64,000 bases of DNA. It comes from Perna viridis. Lineage: Eukaryota. Below are positions 13,481-37,151 of the stretch, in pieces (position 1 is the stretch's first letter; each line of letters opens with the position of its first letter). The position numbers and the translations under genes were made by a program. Below the pieces are notes generated by a model. That model worked only from the letters and a program-made list of their open reading frames with translations, ran no database searches and was not told the DNA's origin. Location: positions 17,112,001 through 17,176,000 of the forward strand of contig CM074517.1 of the NCBI GenBank assembly GCA_037379345.1, given 5' to 3'.

Positions 13481-16400
13481 TCCTGCATACAAAGGTTAGG
13501 TTTAGGTTTTAGTTCAGTATCTGTGCCTATCATTTTATCCATCCTGCCATCAAATTTAATGTTTTAAATTGAACCTTTGTTTTTTCAAGAAATAAATTAC
13601 CATGAAACCTGGTCATATATGTATATGTAAGTCATATGAACTGAAAGAAATGCCATTTGGTGTTCTGACAGGAAAATACTGAACAAGGCTTAGTCCACTG
13701 ATATATTATTATTACTCTTCAACTACTTTCCAAATTGTGTTATAGTAGAGTTACCTCCCTTAGTGTCAGTTATCCATTTCAAGGCTAAATTACATCATCA
13801 CATGATATTTTAATATATGATGAATGTTGATAAAGTATGATTGGAAATCACTTTTTATCTAGACAACTTTAAAGGCTTAAATTTGAGTACTTGAAAATTT
13901 TAAAACTTTTAGCCTTGTAAATTTTCTTGAAATGTTTACTTTGGCAACAATAACTGCAAAATCTACTTCAGCACTTAAGTACTTTGAAAAGAATATGTGA
14001 CATTTGTATGGAATATTTAAAAACTGTCACTTAGGTGTCAATATCACAGCAGGTCTGGATGGTTTTATCTATCTAGTACACTATCAAATCATGCTGAATA
14101 AATATCTCAAAAAAATGAAATTATTTACATATCAAGGTCGAAAATTTTCTGTCTGACCAATTTTTCTGTTTTAGAAATTGGAAACTTATCACAGGTTTGA
14201 TAAGTTTTATCTCAAAGTGTCTTTATTATTCAAATCTATGTTAAGATGAAGTTTGCTAGCATGCTGGGGTATGCATGGTTAAAGCTCAGTTTCTGTCCAA
14301 CTGACTGAGGAACAATAAATTTATCCTGTTTGAAAAATGCTTAATTATTGTTATCAGTAGTTGAGAATTGGACAATTTTAAAGAAAAGGTACCGGTAATG
14401 CAGGAGTCATTTAGGGGGATACATTTTATTGATTGAACAATTTTATGTTAAGTTAGACAGTTTTGTAATTTAAAAGCCCCCACAGATATGCCAGGTTTGT
14501 TTCCTTCTTTCTGAGGTTGACCATCTTAAAAACAAGGAAACTTGGTCCTTCTTATAAACTTTTCCCACAATCTCTGATTTATAGTTTAGTATCAGTCTCT
14601 GTATGAATCAGGCAGTGGTGAAAATTGGTATAATAAAAAAAAGCCACCATTTTGAAAGATTTATTTTGACTATTTGCAACATCAGAATCAAGGAAAAAGA
14701 TTTTTCATATCACTATGGTAAACTGAGGTATGATTTTATTGAAATGCATTGAAAACGAACATTTCAAGGGCAGATAACTCTATCAAACCTCATTTTTCTA
14801 CCATCCTATTGAAAAATTTCTGTGCAAATCCAGTGATGCAGTGATCATATAATGGTCTTTTCAAATACAGGACGCACCTTTGAGTGAAATAATATTGTCA
14901 GATCGGTGGATTTTCAAATTTTCAAATTTTGCTTGATTCTTACCAAGAGTTTCGCTTAAGGGGCATGTTGCTTTTTCATCATCCAATGCAATGATTAACA
15001 CAGGCTCAATATTTTCCCCAAGCAACAATTTTTTGAGTTTACAATTATTTTTTTTGTTTTTAAATGGACCATTCAAGCTTAAAATGTAATATTGAATGTT
15101 TTAATTATTGACAAACATGATGGTAGATAATTTACTATGTCATTCCTATAAGGAAGAACTTTTAACTAATTGATGAGGAATCCATTAGTTCATTGGCATT
15201 GTGAGGATTGGGACTATCCATGATGACTAGCTAGCATACTGGCTTGATTGTTGTCCATTTAACATCTAGCTGAAATATTTCATGCATTATCACTGCAAGA
15301 TCAAGTTGAACAAAAGATCGATTAAAAATATAAAATGAAAATGGTTATAATGTGAAACAAAGGAAAGGTTAATTTTAACTGCCTTTGGTTATTTAGGGAA
15401 ATAGGTATAGGCAATAATTTTTGCCATCTGTAGTGGTTGAAGGAGTTGTTTCTTGCAAGAGGCATTGCCCTTTCCATGCATATTGGCCCACTTTGGCATG
15501 TTTTCAAGTTTTTGTCCTTATGGCTTAATATCCTTGAAAGCAAGGGCTGCCCTATCCAGTCCCCAAAAGTACACCCCTTAACAGCTCTGTGGGCTGAGCA
15601 TCCAACCACTGGCCAGATTTGATTTCTCAGTACCCTTACTCCCCTATGAAAAACTGAGTGCTGTTTTAGGCATATTCTTTATGAAATCCTTGCTTTCTAT
15701 CAGGGTGACTAGGTTGAAATCTTGTTGTATTGTAGAAATGTTAATATATCTTAAGGTCTTGCATCCTCCTCATATTTGTCTTCAAATCCACCAACTAATT
15801 AAATTTGGAGAAACCATAAAAACTGAAACCTTAATATAATCATTCCTTCTTTGTATCCCAATTTCTATTACTTGCAATTTATCAAGTTTTGCCCTCTTAG
15901 TAATATGTCAGTATATGAAACATCTAAAATTGCTTTGCAACAGTTTATTACAAATCAATAAACTTCATTTCAATATTAATCCATTCAATCTTCTAAATGC
16001 CTTTATATTCTGCTTTTACTTTTAATATGATTCAGTTATGATCATGGTAGTAACTGTTTTTTTTTTTTTTTGTATTGCCTGGATGACTGAGAATCATCTA
16101 ATTATGAAGTAATGTCATGTTGTTTCATCCCTACCTGATATACAGGGGGTACTCACAAAAACAAAGTTGACAAGCATTTACTTAAGGTTTACTCAAGTCA
16201 AGAACTTTAGTCTAAATTTTTTATAGACTTAAAATGAATAAGATAAATAGTTAGATATTTACTTAAAGGTTTTAATTGGAAATCTATTGTCATAGGTTTG
16301 AATGTTGCTATCTAAGGCTTATATATTTTGTCACCTAAAGGATTTAATCGGGTGTTTTTGAGCACGATGGACTTTTAATAATTTAATTCAATATCAATAC

Positions 16401-16737
16401 AGTGTCCTAAGGAAATAGGAAGGGCATTATATCTTGTTTCTTTGACACTTGATAATAAGAGAAAAGATAGATTTCAAGAAGTGAGAAAAAAATGTTAAAA
16501 AGGAAGACATTTGGTTCTGGGAGTTTCTTCTCATTTCAGATTTTCAGTTTATGGACCTAATGTGCCAATCTTTGCAATCTGTCAGATAAATTGCAAGACA
16601 AAATATTTATTTGAAATTAATCTTCATGAAGGCTTGATACAAAGTTAGTTTTTAAGTCTTCCATAAGAATGATTTAAAAAATCATGGCCAGGAAATCATG
16701 TGGATATACTGTACTGCCACAACTCCACTTCTCTTCA

Positions 16738-17290
16738 AAATCAATGGCTGTATCATATTTGCCCAACACCTCCTTTAATCATAATCAATGGCTGTACCCT
16801 ATTTGACTAACATCTTCTTTCATCTGAATCAATGGCTGTACCCTATTTGACTAACACCTTTCATCAGAATCCATGGCTGTACCCTGTTTGACTAACATCT
16901 TCTTTCACCTGAATCAATGGCTGTACCCTGTTTGACTAACATCTTCTTTCACCTGAATCAATGGCTGTACCCTATTTGACTTACATCTTTTTTCACCTGA
17001 ATCAATGGCTGTACCCTAATTGACTAACATCTTCTTTCACCTGAATCAATGGCTGTACCCTATTTGACTTACATCTTCTTTCACCTGAATCAATGGCTGT
17101 ACCCTAATTGACTAATGTCTTCTCTCACCTGAATCAATGGCTGTACCCTGTTTGACTTACATCTTCTTTCACCTGAATCAATGGCTGTACCCTGTTTGAC
17201 TAACACCTTTCATCAGAATCAATGTCTGTACCCTTTTTAACTAACACCTCTTTCATCAGAATCAATGGCTGTACCCTGTTTAGCTTACAC
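16738..17290. repeat. 44-bp minisatellite, about 12-13 copies
   Basis: gaatcaatggctgtaccct(a/g)tttgactaacatcttctttcacct; a few 41-bp variants. Confidence 0.95.
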
Positions 17291-20167
17291 AAAATAATGG
17301 CATTGACTAAATTCTAATTTTCTCTTCTATATTAAGAGCCATATAGATTATTTTACAACACCAGCAATTGACAATGAAATTGTACTGCCTTTGGTAAGCA
17401 TTGGCAGTGCCTTATAAAAGATTCATTTCGATAGCTGAGACCCTTAATTAAAAGAGTCAGAAACAGTACCATGATGTAAGATAAGGTATGTATCTCTGGG
17501 TAAAGTAAAGATACTAGATGTTTGAATATATGATTTTGAAAAAAAAGCAATACCCAAATAAATGTTAGTATTGCTTTGTTTTAAAATGTCAAAGAAAAGC
17601 TTTGTAATTATATATAAAGATAAGACATTTTTTAGCAATAATTTGATTGAAGTATCTGTATTGTCAAATAAAAAGTTATACATTATATTAGTAGCAAAAA
17701 GGTTAAAAAAATCTTTTGGAATAATGAAATGGAAAAGATTGTAAAACATTTCATCGTTAGACAAAAATAACTTGTTTGAATTTATGTATTTCTTTTTGAA
17801 AGAGAATAAGTTAAAATCTTTTAGGTGCAAGTTTTCCAACCAAAAAAATGGACTGCAACTTTTGTGGACAAGAAGAAGAATACTTGCATTATTTAATTAC
17901 TTGTCCATACTTCCACTGCTTTTTTGGAAAATATATCTAAAATACTCAAACTTGTCAAATTTGATATTCAAATTAGCCTTGCTCATTTAGTTCTTGGATA
18001 CAAAATTTCCAATAAAAACTACTTTCCTCTTAACTATTTCCTAGTTTGGTTAGATACTCAATTTATGAAGCATATTATATATCTGAACAAAAATAATAGC
18101 AGTAAATGTATTTAATATATGTTAGAGTTTAAGTCTAACAAAATATTTATAGATAAGCATAAAGTATTCGAGAGAATTGATAATGTATTATCCTATTAAT
18201 GATACCATGTAACTTGAAATGTAAAAAAAAGGGTTTTAAAAAATTTCCTACCTATAAAACCTAATTTTTTTTCTATTGTGTAATAGGAAAAACACAATTT
18301 GTTTGGGTCTAACCTGTGTTGGCCGGAACTATGGAAATATAAAGGGATTTTGTTCATTTAAAACAAAAAATGTTTTACATCTATTTTTGACAGAATTGCT
18401 TCCTTTGGGTTTTTTTTGGTGAAAATGTTACAGAATTTGATGAAATAGATACCACTAACAAAATGACAAATTTTCAGTTCAACTTTGACTTTATTTTAAA
18501 AGATATATGCATTTGACTTTTATATTCCAAAGATGTACATGTAGGTGGTGTACTTCTTAATTTGCTGAGTATATGTAAATAAAAAAAAATAGGAGGAGCA
18601 TTTCACACTTAAGTATCAATAACAACTTTTATCAACAAGAGGCTCCAGTTGGTCTCAGCGGCTTTGACTTGTGGCTTCATGCTTCAAACTTAGTTAGTCA
18701 TGATGAATACAAAGGAAACTACCCATGTGGACAAAGCAGATTCTTTTTGTTGTGTCTTTCTTTGACATTTCTCAGGAAAACATTAAATTCAGCAAGCTCA
18801 ATTAAGAGATTTTTTTTATATTGCAGGAGACCTTTAATTTATTTGATTTGCTACTTTGATAAACATTGAAATTATTTTATTCTCAATCTGAAAAAAGCCT
18901 TTAATTTGATCAAATCAAAGTCTCGTATTGTAATGAAAAATTTTATTTGCAGTGTAAAGAAACATAGACGTTAAAATTCAGGTAGACCTCAAATTGGTCT
19001 CAATTTAAATCTGAAACTAAGTGCCTAATATCAGATTTCATGACGACATGGAAAAACTCGCTCGTGATTCTAAAATTACTTTGATTACTTTTAGCTATTT
19101 GTGATCGATGGATCAGTACTGAAGTTGTTTATAAACTGTTATTAATTACTACTCTTTAATGGACTAATACTCCTTAATTAGGAAATTTATCAATATTTCA
19201 TTTCTAATACTGGACATGGGATGTCAAGGTTTCTGCATTTTCAAATTTGATGAGCCTTTGCTGGATTTAGGATTCCCATTGGTGATAATGATCTGAAGTT
19301 TAAAGAAACATTCTTTATTTATCAAATATCTTCCGGAGGTCTTTGTTATCAATTCTGTTTAAGTTATTTAAATATTTCTAAATTAGGAGGGTCATGTTGG
19401 AACAGTTTGACTGTCAACATTGAGTTTGACTGTGTAATATTTTTTATAGTAATTCTGGATCTATGTAAGCACATGGTATTTTATGAGATAAAGCATCTGA
19501 ATTCTGTTGAAGTATTCTGCATGTTTGGATCTGTAGATGTTTCTTGTTAAAGAAATTTTTTTTTTTTTTAAATTAATGTATGTATATGAAGTAGAAAGCT
19601 GATGATGGGAATGTAAGAATACTCTCATTAAAAAGTGGATAATTTTAGAAATGGAAGTTAAATAACTTTTAGGCATTCTTGGATAAAACAATTTGAATTT
19701 GAAAAGAAACAATGGTGGATGTTAAACGTTCTTTGGAGTTTCCAAGGGAGTTTCCTACTTTACATGGATTAAAAATCACTCTTACAGGTAGTAGCTTATT
19801 ACATGAATGGGACAATAGTTTATTTTGATTTATACATGTATTAGCTGTTGTATCAAATCCGAGAAAATTATGCTACTTTGCCTTTTATGTGATGTGTAAT
19901 AGTTATAAGTGATTTCTTTAAACCATTTATAACCTTCATATTTTTATAAAAATATTGAAAAATTGCAAAACAAATGGAAAATATTTATAATATTTTTTTT
20001 TAATCTTCCAATTTCAATGGTCTTATATTAACAGACTCGGCATCATGTGTACAAGATATCTGTAGACTGTTCAAAGATCATGTTGAGTTAGTTTGCTCTC
20101 TCTGAAGTTGTAAAAATCTGACCTTTTTAGATGATTATATCATTGTAAACTCAAAATCCAACCCAAC

Positions 20168-20278
20168 CTTTTCACAAAACGTCATAAGTATAAAATTTAT
20201 GGTAAGTTATGACATCACAACACTATTTTGTGATGTCATAAGTTATAATCATTTTTCCTCTTAGGAGTTTTTGTGAAA
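20168..20278. mobile_element. Palindromic MITE, diverged copy of 12380-12497
   Basis: cttttcacaaaa...gtaagttatgacatcacaa / ttgtgatgtcataagtta...tttttgtgaaa. Confidence 0.7.
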
Positions 20279-22260
20279 TTGACGCTTGAACCCCAACAGG
20301 TCTTCAGATTTAACCTGAAATTATACATTTGTTGGGAAAGCAGCGAATATATTCAGAGAATTTAATGAACTTTTCAAGTAGTTTTACATTTCTACTTTTG
20401 ATGAAGGGTATTGCCTCTTGCATTAGCTATTAAAAAAGATTATTGAGTGTTGATAAACTGGTAGATTGTTGGCTTTCATTGAAAACCATGAAACTTTGAA
20501 TGATAGTATAGACTAAGTCAACATACAGGAGTGTCTGTAATGTAATAATGATTTTTGTTGATATTTACATAACCAAAAACCTCTTATGTTCTCCCTTTTG
20601 TGTCTGTTGGTTGTGTTGTATACCAAATCTTTGTTTGCTTGGTGACAGAGGTATTGAGTGTAGTTTAATCAAAAATATTGTCATAAAAGTGTGTTTTTAA
20701 ATTTTCAGTGTCAAAATTGTAAAAATGTCTTTTTGAAGTTGGGGGAACTTAGTCCTACATTCAATAAGAGATTTACTTGTCAAACACCATACTTCTTAAT
20801 GAAAAAGCATTCATTAGGGAAGACAAGTTGGATGCTTGATGGTGATCATGATTGTATCATTTTGATTTTGTTATAATAATGCCTTTATAATTTTTATGAT
20901 TTTGTTAATACAGATAATTCAAAACTGATTTAAAGTTGAAATGTTCATTCATTTGGAGGAATCTTGAAAAACTTTGTTGAGTTTTGGAGAATTTTAAATT
21001 TTGTGGGAGAAAAGCAGTGTCCTATATATGGCCACAGCTCTCCCTGATAGATGTCAAAATATAAGAAAAGACTTGTTTTAGACTGTAGGCTAATGTTACA
21101 ATTCAGTTAGCTTTAGTGGGTCAAACTGAAGGGCAATTTTGCTGTGATTAAAGTAAAAAGCTTTAGATTCAAACTCCTTATTCCACTAGATATTAAATTA
21201 AAAGTTGAAGTATCCTAACATTTGTGTAAAATACAATTTTTAATGTACTAAGTTTCGTTTAGATGTCCATATTTTAGAATATTGTAAATGTAGGAGTTTT
21301 CATGGTGCTACAATTTCTCAAAACCCTAAAACTAAGTATATTCATCTATAAAATTGATATGTTACTAACATCAAATTTCAAAAAGCATATATCAGTCAGT
21401 GTAAATGAGCAACCACAAGAAATGAATACATTTCTCAGTATACCAAATAGTAGTTCAAATTCTAGGACAGATCATGCATAACATAACTATTTTGTTGACT
21501 TCAGTTACTCTTTGATCAGTCAATATTGACACAGAATTGAGATTGACCTGTTCTTGACTCCCTAATATGACTTTTTGAAGTGGTCATACAATACTGATTT
21601 GCTGTATGTATAAGGTATTGATTTTGAAAAAGTAATTCTACAAACACTGGAAGCTGGTTAAATAAAAAAAGCTTGATGATGGTTATGAGGACTGAGTTGT
21701 GTTATATATATTGGTATATCGGTATATGAGTATTCTACTACCATTTAAATAGGATTTTTCAAACTAAAAATCTTTATAATCTTAATTTATGATTTTTTCT
21801 GAGCCAAAAAAGAAGAATATGTAGCATACATTTAAATTTAAGGGTATCTTATTTCATTATATTTAGCTTATGCTTTGTCACAGATTTTTCTGTCACTTCA
21901 ATTTTTTTTAAGACTAAAATTATAACTGTATCAGGTGTTTGATGATCTGTTAGGTAATATGTTTTTGTGTTTGATATGTTCTTTGAGTAGCAATTTTCAT
22001 TGTTTTCATGGGCATTCAGTTCACAAACTTAATTTTCAGAAAAAATGCATACGTGCCAGTTGAAATATAGACCTCCTAAACTAGTTTTAGAACATATTAA
22101 CAAAAAACAGACCTATAAAATATTGCCCAGGCAATGAAAGCGAATAACCCAAACCTAAATGTGCCTATACAAAAATGTGAAATTTGAACTTTTCTCTCGT
22201 GAAAAGAATGAATAAAACTCTATGAATAAAATTTTGAATTTGAATGTTTTTTTTTCACAG

Positions 22261-31395
<9,135 letters not shown>

Positions 31396-34300
31396 TATTT
31401 GTACAAAATTATTAAATCTTTTGTGATCTACTCATATTATTTAGTCTCATTGCTTTTCAGTTTCATGTAAAATTTCAATGAGTTCAACCATCTTTGTTCT
31501 GTTAAGTTTATCGTTAACATGTGATATGAATTTAAGAGGCGACTAGTTTTATTTTCAAAGCAAAAGTGAGCACCATTTTTTTTTTCACTCATGGTCTTCA
31601 TTATAGCCTATATAGATTTGGTTACTGTACCATCAGTTCTATCTGCATTTTTCCAACTATAATAGAAATGGCTGAATTTTGTTATTTTTCATTATTTTAG
31701 GAAATTGAAAGGCTGTGAAGTAGATAAATTTGATTTATTGAGTTAATGATTATCATTAAAATTTTATTAAAAAGGTTTGCTTTAAACATTATGTTTTTTT
31801 TTTTTGTTTACCATACATTTTTTGAAATTTTACATGAATATGAACTAAATTTTTTAGAGGGTACTCTTGAAAACTGTCTTAATAATTTATAATTTTTTTT
31901 ACAATATTTTGATTTATTATATTTTTCATTGAAGGCATTTTTTTTACATTTTGAATTCCCATGTTTAGACAGTTTTTATCTGTCCATTTTTATATCTTCC
32001 TCAAGACAACTTTTAGTAAATAAACAATTTTGTACTGATTTCAATGACCTTTCATTGTTCAGCCAATATAAAACATTTTAGATCTTCAATTTATTTTTTT
32101 TCCAATTGGTATGTGAAGTATTGTAATTCAAAATTTTTGTTTGTCTGAGATAGATAAAAATGTTTACAAATAATTTCTTAATTGAACATTCCATTACGGT
32201 TTTGTTTTATCTTCTTTTAATGGTTTCTATGTTTTTGTTTGTCAAAGGCTAAGAGGTGACAAACCATTCCCGTCCAACCCCCCTTTTTTATAGTCCAATA
32301 TATGTGATATTGTTTCCACTACACAAGTAGTTTGTCTATGTGCCAAAAACAGATTGTTTATATATATTATACATATTTATGTTTTAAAGGATGTACATAT
32401 CTTGGTAAGGAATTCTGTGATATAAAAGTTGAAGTGATGAACTATTAAGGACAGTGTCTATTGAACACAGCATATTTGATTAAGGAGTACAGTAATGCAC
32501 CACACAGTGGTCGAAATTCATTTCTTTTATTAACGACCACTGCAGACAGGCCTTTTGAAATGATAGGAAATTATTTTGAAATCAAACATAAGGAAAGTCA
32601 TTCACTTTTTCCTGACACTGCAAGATTCTTGCAACTTCAGAGTGTGCTGTCTGCAGTGTCTAGAATGGAAACTGTTTGGAGTGTTAAGTACAATATGACT
32701 TGATTTAGTATTTCAAAGATGTCAATGCAAAACACAGCATGTTTTTCATTATTTAAATTTCTAAATAGTTAAAAAAGAATGACAAAAATCTTTGTTTTTT
32801 GATTTGCATAATGGCTTTATTGTTCTTCTATACTGTAAAATATTTAAATGTTCTAAAATTTTCTTCATGGCAATTGCTTTAAATAAGAAATATGAGTCAA
32901 CTTACTGTCAATCTATGTAAGTCTGTAACTGGACTTTTTCATGATGATGATGAATTAAAGGGAGATAATTTGTACTCTTGAATGAAACAAGTTGTAAATT
33001 AATGTACTTGACTGTGGTTTACTGTGTACCATTTCTCACTTCTCTCTGTTCCCATTTAATTGACTTTGTTTTATGAATAATGAAAACTTAATATATTTAT
33101 GTGCAGACAATTTCAAAAAAAGGTTAAGATCTTTATAAGATTCATCAAGGCTTCTTTTTTCATTTGAGTGATATACATGTGTTCCATCATCAAAAGTAAT
33201 AAGTTGTAAGAAAATGTATGAATAAGAGGGTGAAACAATAGATATTGAAGCAGATATGTTTGCTTGGTTTGTGTCAATGTTTTGTTTTTTTTTTTAATCT
33301 TGGATGTATTTTTTTATTGTTAATATTTTGCTGCAAGAAACCTCACGACATCATGATATAGGACATACATGTTCTTGTGAACATACTTCATAAGATTTTC
33401 TCCATGTGGTATAGGGTTATTTCTGAGTTTTTTTGTACATTTTGGTTGAAAATTTACCTTTGAAGTACATCATTTTCTATTAACTGAAACGACCAACCAA
33501 ATGTTTTCAGTATTATGAAAGATTTTGAATAATAAATTGCTACAAATATCAAGATTTTCGACTGAATTTGAATAATTCATTACCAGATCTTCAAATGATG
33601 CATTATTCATCAATCATGAGGCATATCTGTGATTAATTTTGTAATGGCTTTAGGATTGACTGTAGGAATATGCATATTCATTAGATAATGCATATTCATA
33701 GAATTATGTAAATTTAGTGGGCATGAATATTTGATGTATAAATGTAGGTCATTTCACTCATTTTTTAGAAAATATATACTTATTTAAGAGAATATATATA
33801 TATTGATGTACTTCTTAATTTATTAAATTGTATAGAAACCAAATATTTTAAAGGTAGATATATTAAATTTATAAATATTCTGAAACTACGTAGAAATGTG
33901 AACTGGAAACTGTCATAAAAGGTCTACATGCTTTGTGTTCTCCATGATTATATGATAACTTTGTTCATGGAGTTTATTGGTGAAAATCTCAGTATTTGAT
34001 TTTGATATTCAGGGTTAAAGGTCACTGCTACTGTTTAACATACCTTGGCTCTCATTGGATACCTTCATAATGACATAGTCACTTTACCTTTGTTTTCAAA
34101 ATATTTGCCTGTTGTGATTTTATAGTATCAAGTACCAAGAAATAAAAATAGCATTTGGGAATGGTGACAAAAATAAACTGAATTAAATGAACACAACAAA
34201 TGAATGTCCATAGGCTCATGAATGAAGAGTTTTCAGTTCACATTTGAAATCTTGAAAGCATAAAAAAACATTCTTTAAATGACCAAAAATGAATCTACTA

Positions 34301-35509
34301 ATCTCAATAGTGAACACAAATTTGTATCATTTGGCAGTAAAGTATTTCTAAATATTCAGTGTCCTCTATCTGTAAATAATATTAAACTGCTGACGATGAA
34401 TCCACCACTCAAGATTTAGATAATTCTCAGGATTATGACAAATGATTGTTTTCGTGTTACACTGTTGCCATGGTGATAGTAACCATGGATAATAACCTGT
34501 CATGTTACACTGGTTTATTGGTCAATAATAAAATATAATTCATACAAAACAAGTTGTCATCTTTCTAGCCTAATGGTCAAAAGATTTCTTGAATACAGAG
34601 TTCCTTTTTCCAGTATATCCATTTGTAGCACAATCTTTTTGAATTGAATTCATCAATTTATATAAAACCCAGCATTTTAAGCAAAACCAAGACTTTTAAA
34701 TTTGAATTCTTTCTCAAATCCCTCCTTAATTCAAATATTACCAATCAGAGCACTGGATTTTAATATTAGAATAGACTTAGGATATCCAGTAATCCCTCTA
34801 ATGGTATAGAAACATGTCTGTTCAGTTCTGGGTTATATATTTATTGCAGGAAATATCTACATCAGGAGTATCAGTTCTAATATTCATTCTATCAACAATA
34901 ACAAAAATCAAACAATAATAATTGCTATATTTATGGTCATGAACAGACACTGAGTCAATGTATTTGCTAAAAAATGTAGCTAGAAAACTGTTCAATTTAC
35001 TCCAAACATGTATAATGTAACTGGAGACAAAGTTCATACATTGTATTATATCCCAACAAGGGGGGGGTTGTAATATATTGGAAATACATCGTCTGTCATT
35101 CCAAATTTTAATCCCAAAGCTCTCAACTCCCATTGGATGAATTGATTTCAAATAAGATAAGATGAGTCATACATTGTAAGCAGTTTTGGCTGCTATCTGA
35201 TATCAACTTCCTGTATCATAGGACTTTATCATTTCTCATCGTGTAGAATGATAGAAAAAATTGTCCACACAAAAATCATGGTTCCCTCTGGACAGACAGA
35301 TTTTGAATTTGATAAATGTTTTTATGTAGATTGGGTATCACTAACCACTTCTAACATTTCCATTACTTTACATGTTAAAAAAGTAATATTCAAAATTTCA
35401 CTGTGAATTCCCAGGACAAATGACATCTTAAAGTTGCATACCGTTGCAAAGCTTGGAAAATAAGGCTTCCAAAATCATTATGCTAATGGTACGATGATTG
35501 TAGAAATTC

Positions 35510-35790
35510 TTCACAAAATTTACTTGAATAAATAATACTGAAAATCCACATTTTTACCTGTTCTGCTAACTGACAGCATGGAGGCAAATTACTCACACAT
35601 GTAAACAATATTCATACAGTTTTGTAGTTAATTACATATATGATTTTAAAGTACACATTCCCAGCTTTATTTTGTCTACTTTCAATCATAATACACACAA
35701 ATAATGCACTTACAATGCATATGTCTAGGTTCAGCGTGTTTTTGGTACTACATAGCGGGGTAGCCGTTTGACCCGGAAGTGGTTAGTGAG
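35510..35790. repeat. Dispersed repeat, second copy at about 38140-38400
   Basis: Shared atggaggcaaattactcacacatgtaaacaa...ataatgcacttacaatgcata...tctaggttca. Confidence 0.75.
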
Positions 35791-37151
35791 ACCTTGGGTA
35801 TACATTGTAAGTGAGTTTGGTTGCTGTCCAATATCAACTTCCTGTATGAGTGGGGATATACCTAGCAAGAGAACACATGCAGCTTCATATGACAGTTAGT
35901 AAAACACAGCAACATCAGACTTGGAGCAAGACTGCATTGTGTTACACAAAAAAAAGCTAGGCGAATGAAAATCTTTCAAGAATACCTACAGTTTATAAAT
36001 AGCTTATAAGCTATCTTGGTCTACAGATTTTGTTTCATAGTTTCCAAGGGGAGATAAATCCAATTCAATTTTACAAATATTAGCTCATTCTGCCTCAGAA
36101 GTTGAAGTAAAATTTGTATGTGAACAGAATCAAACAAATCTGACATTTTTTTGTTTTATTTCATTAAATATCTTTAAAACCATATGTATTACAACATATC
36201 AACAAAAATCAAACAGAAATAGGCATAATAAGCACATAAATCATTTATTGGACAGAAAACTCACAAACTGAATAAATAGATGGATTTGATCACAAAATAC
36301 CAGAATGAATCTATAAAACCTAAATAATACTTAAGTCTAAGGATATTCTATAATACAGTAACTCCAATCAAACTTTTGGGAGTTATGACATCACAAACAG
36401 TTGAACATATTCTCAGATTAAGTATATGTTTTAAGTTTTGTTGTGCTGGGGCCTAAATGACCCCACTAAATACCAATACTTAGAATGAAAGCAAACTCAT
36501 TACAGTTGAAGGTAACATTAAACAATATCTCCTGTTAAAGCTATACAATAAAATGCTTGTGAACAATTTGCAGAATTTAAAATTCAAATTTTCAAACTCA
36601 ATACATGAAATTCTAAAATTGCTCCCCTTACAAAAAAAATCTGAGACACAAAGTAAGGCACATCATATATGATCCTACTACATAGACTGACTGAAAATAT
36701 ACTACTTTAGTTGGCATTACATTGAAAAGTTTCAAACTTTTACTTACACAAATTCACTTTCAAATGTTCATCTTATTCTGTCAATTTTTGGGTTAGATGA
36801 AGCCAATATTTTTAAATAAATAATAGAGGGCACATTTTTCTATCATAAAACAAAATTTTGAGTGAAATCCTCTGCAGATACATGCATAATTGTGGAATAA
36901 TTACACAGAAGAAATATGAAATAATACATTATAGCAGATATAACCATACTGTTAATAAAGGCACTTATAAAACAAGCTATTTGTGCAGTGAAAATAATCA
37001 TACAAAAAAAGTTACAACAAACATTTCTATCTTAATTAAAATAGAATTATTTATCAATATAAATACAACTATTCTAGCCCCTGAATATATAATTACATGT
37101 GTGTTATATTTACATGGAATTACCAAGTCATCAATGTATTGCTTCATACCA

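Noticed and set aside
16738-17290. 44-bp array as a CRISPR array
   Set aside because: The units are contiguous with no unique spacers, there are no cas genes, and the context is a eukaryotic intron.
17353-18115. Cluster of 60-130 aa ORFs
   Set aside because: AT-rich F/L/K/I/N-biased composition, non-ATG starts and no motifs.
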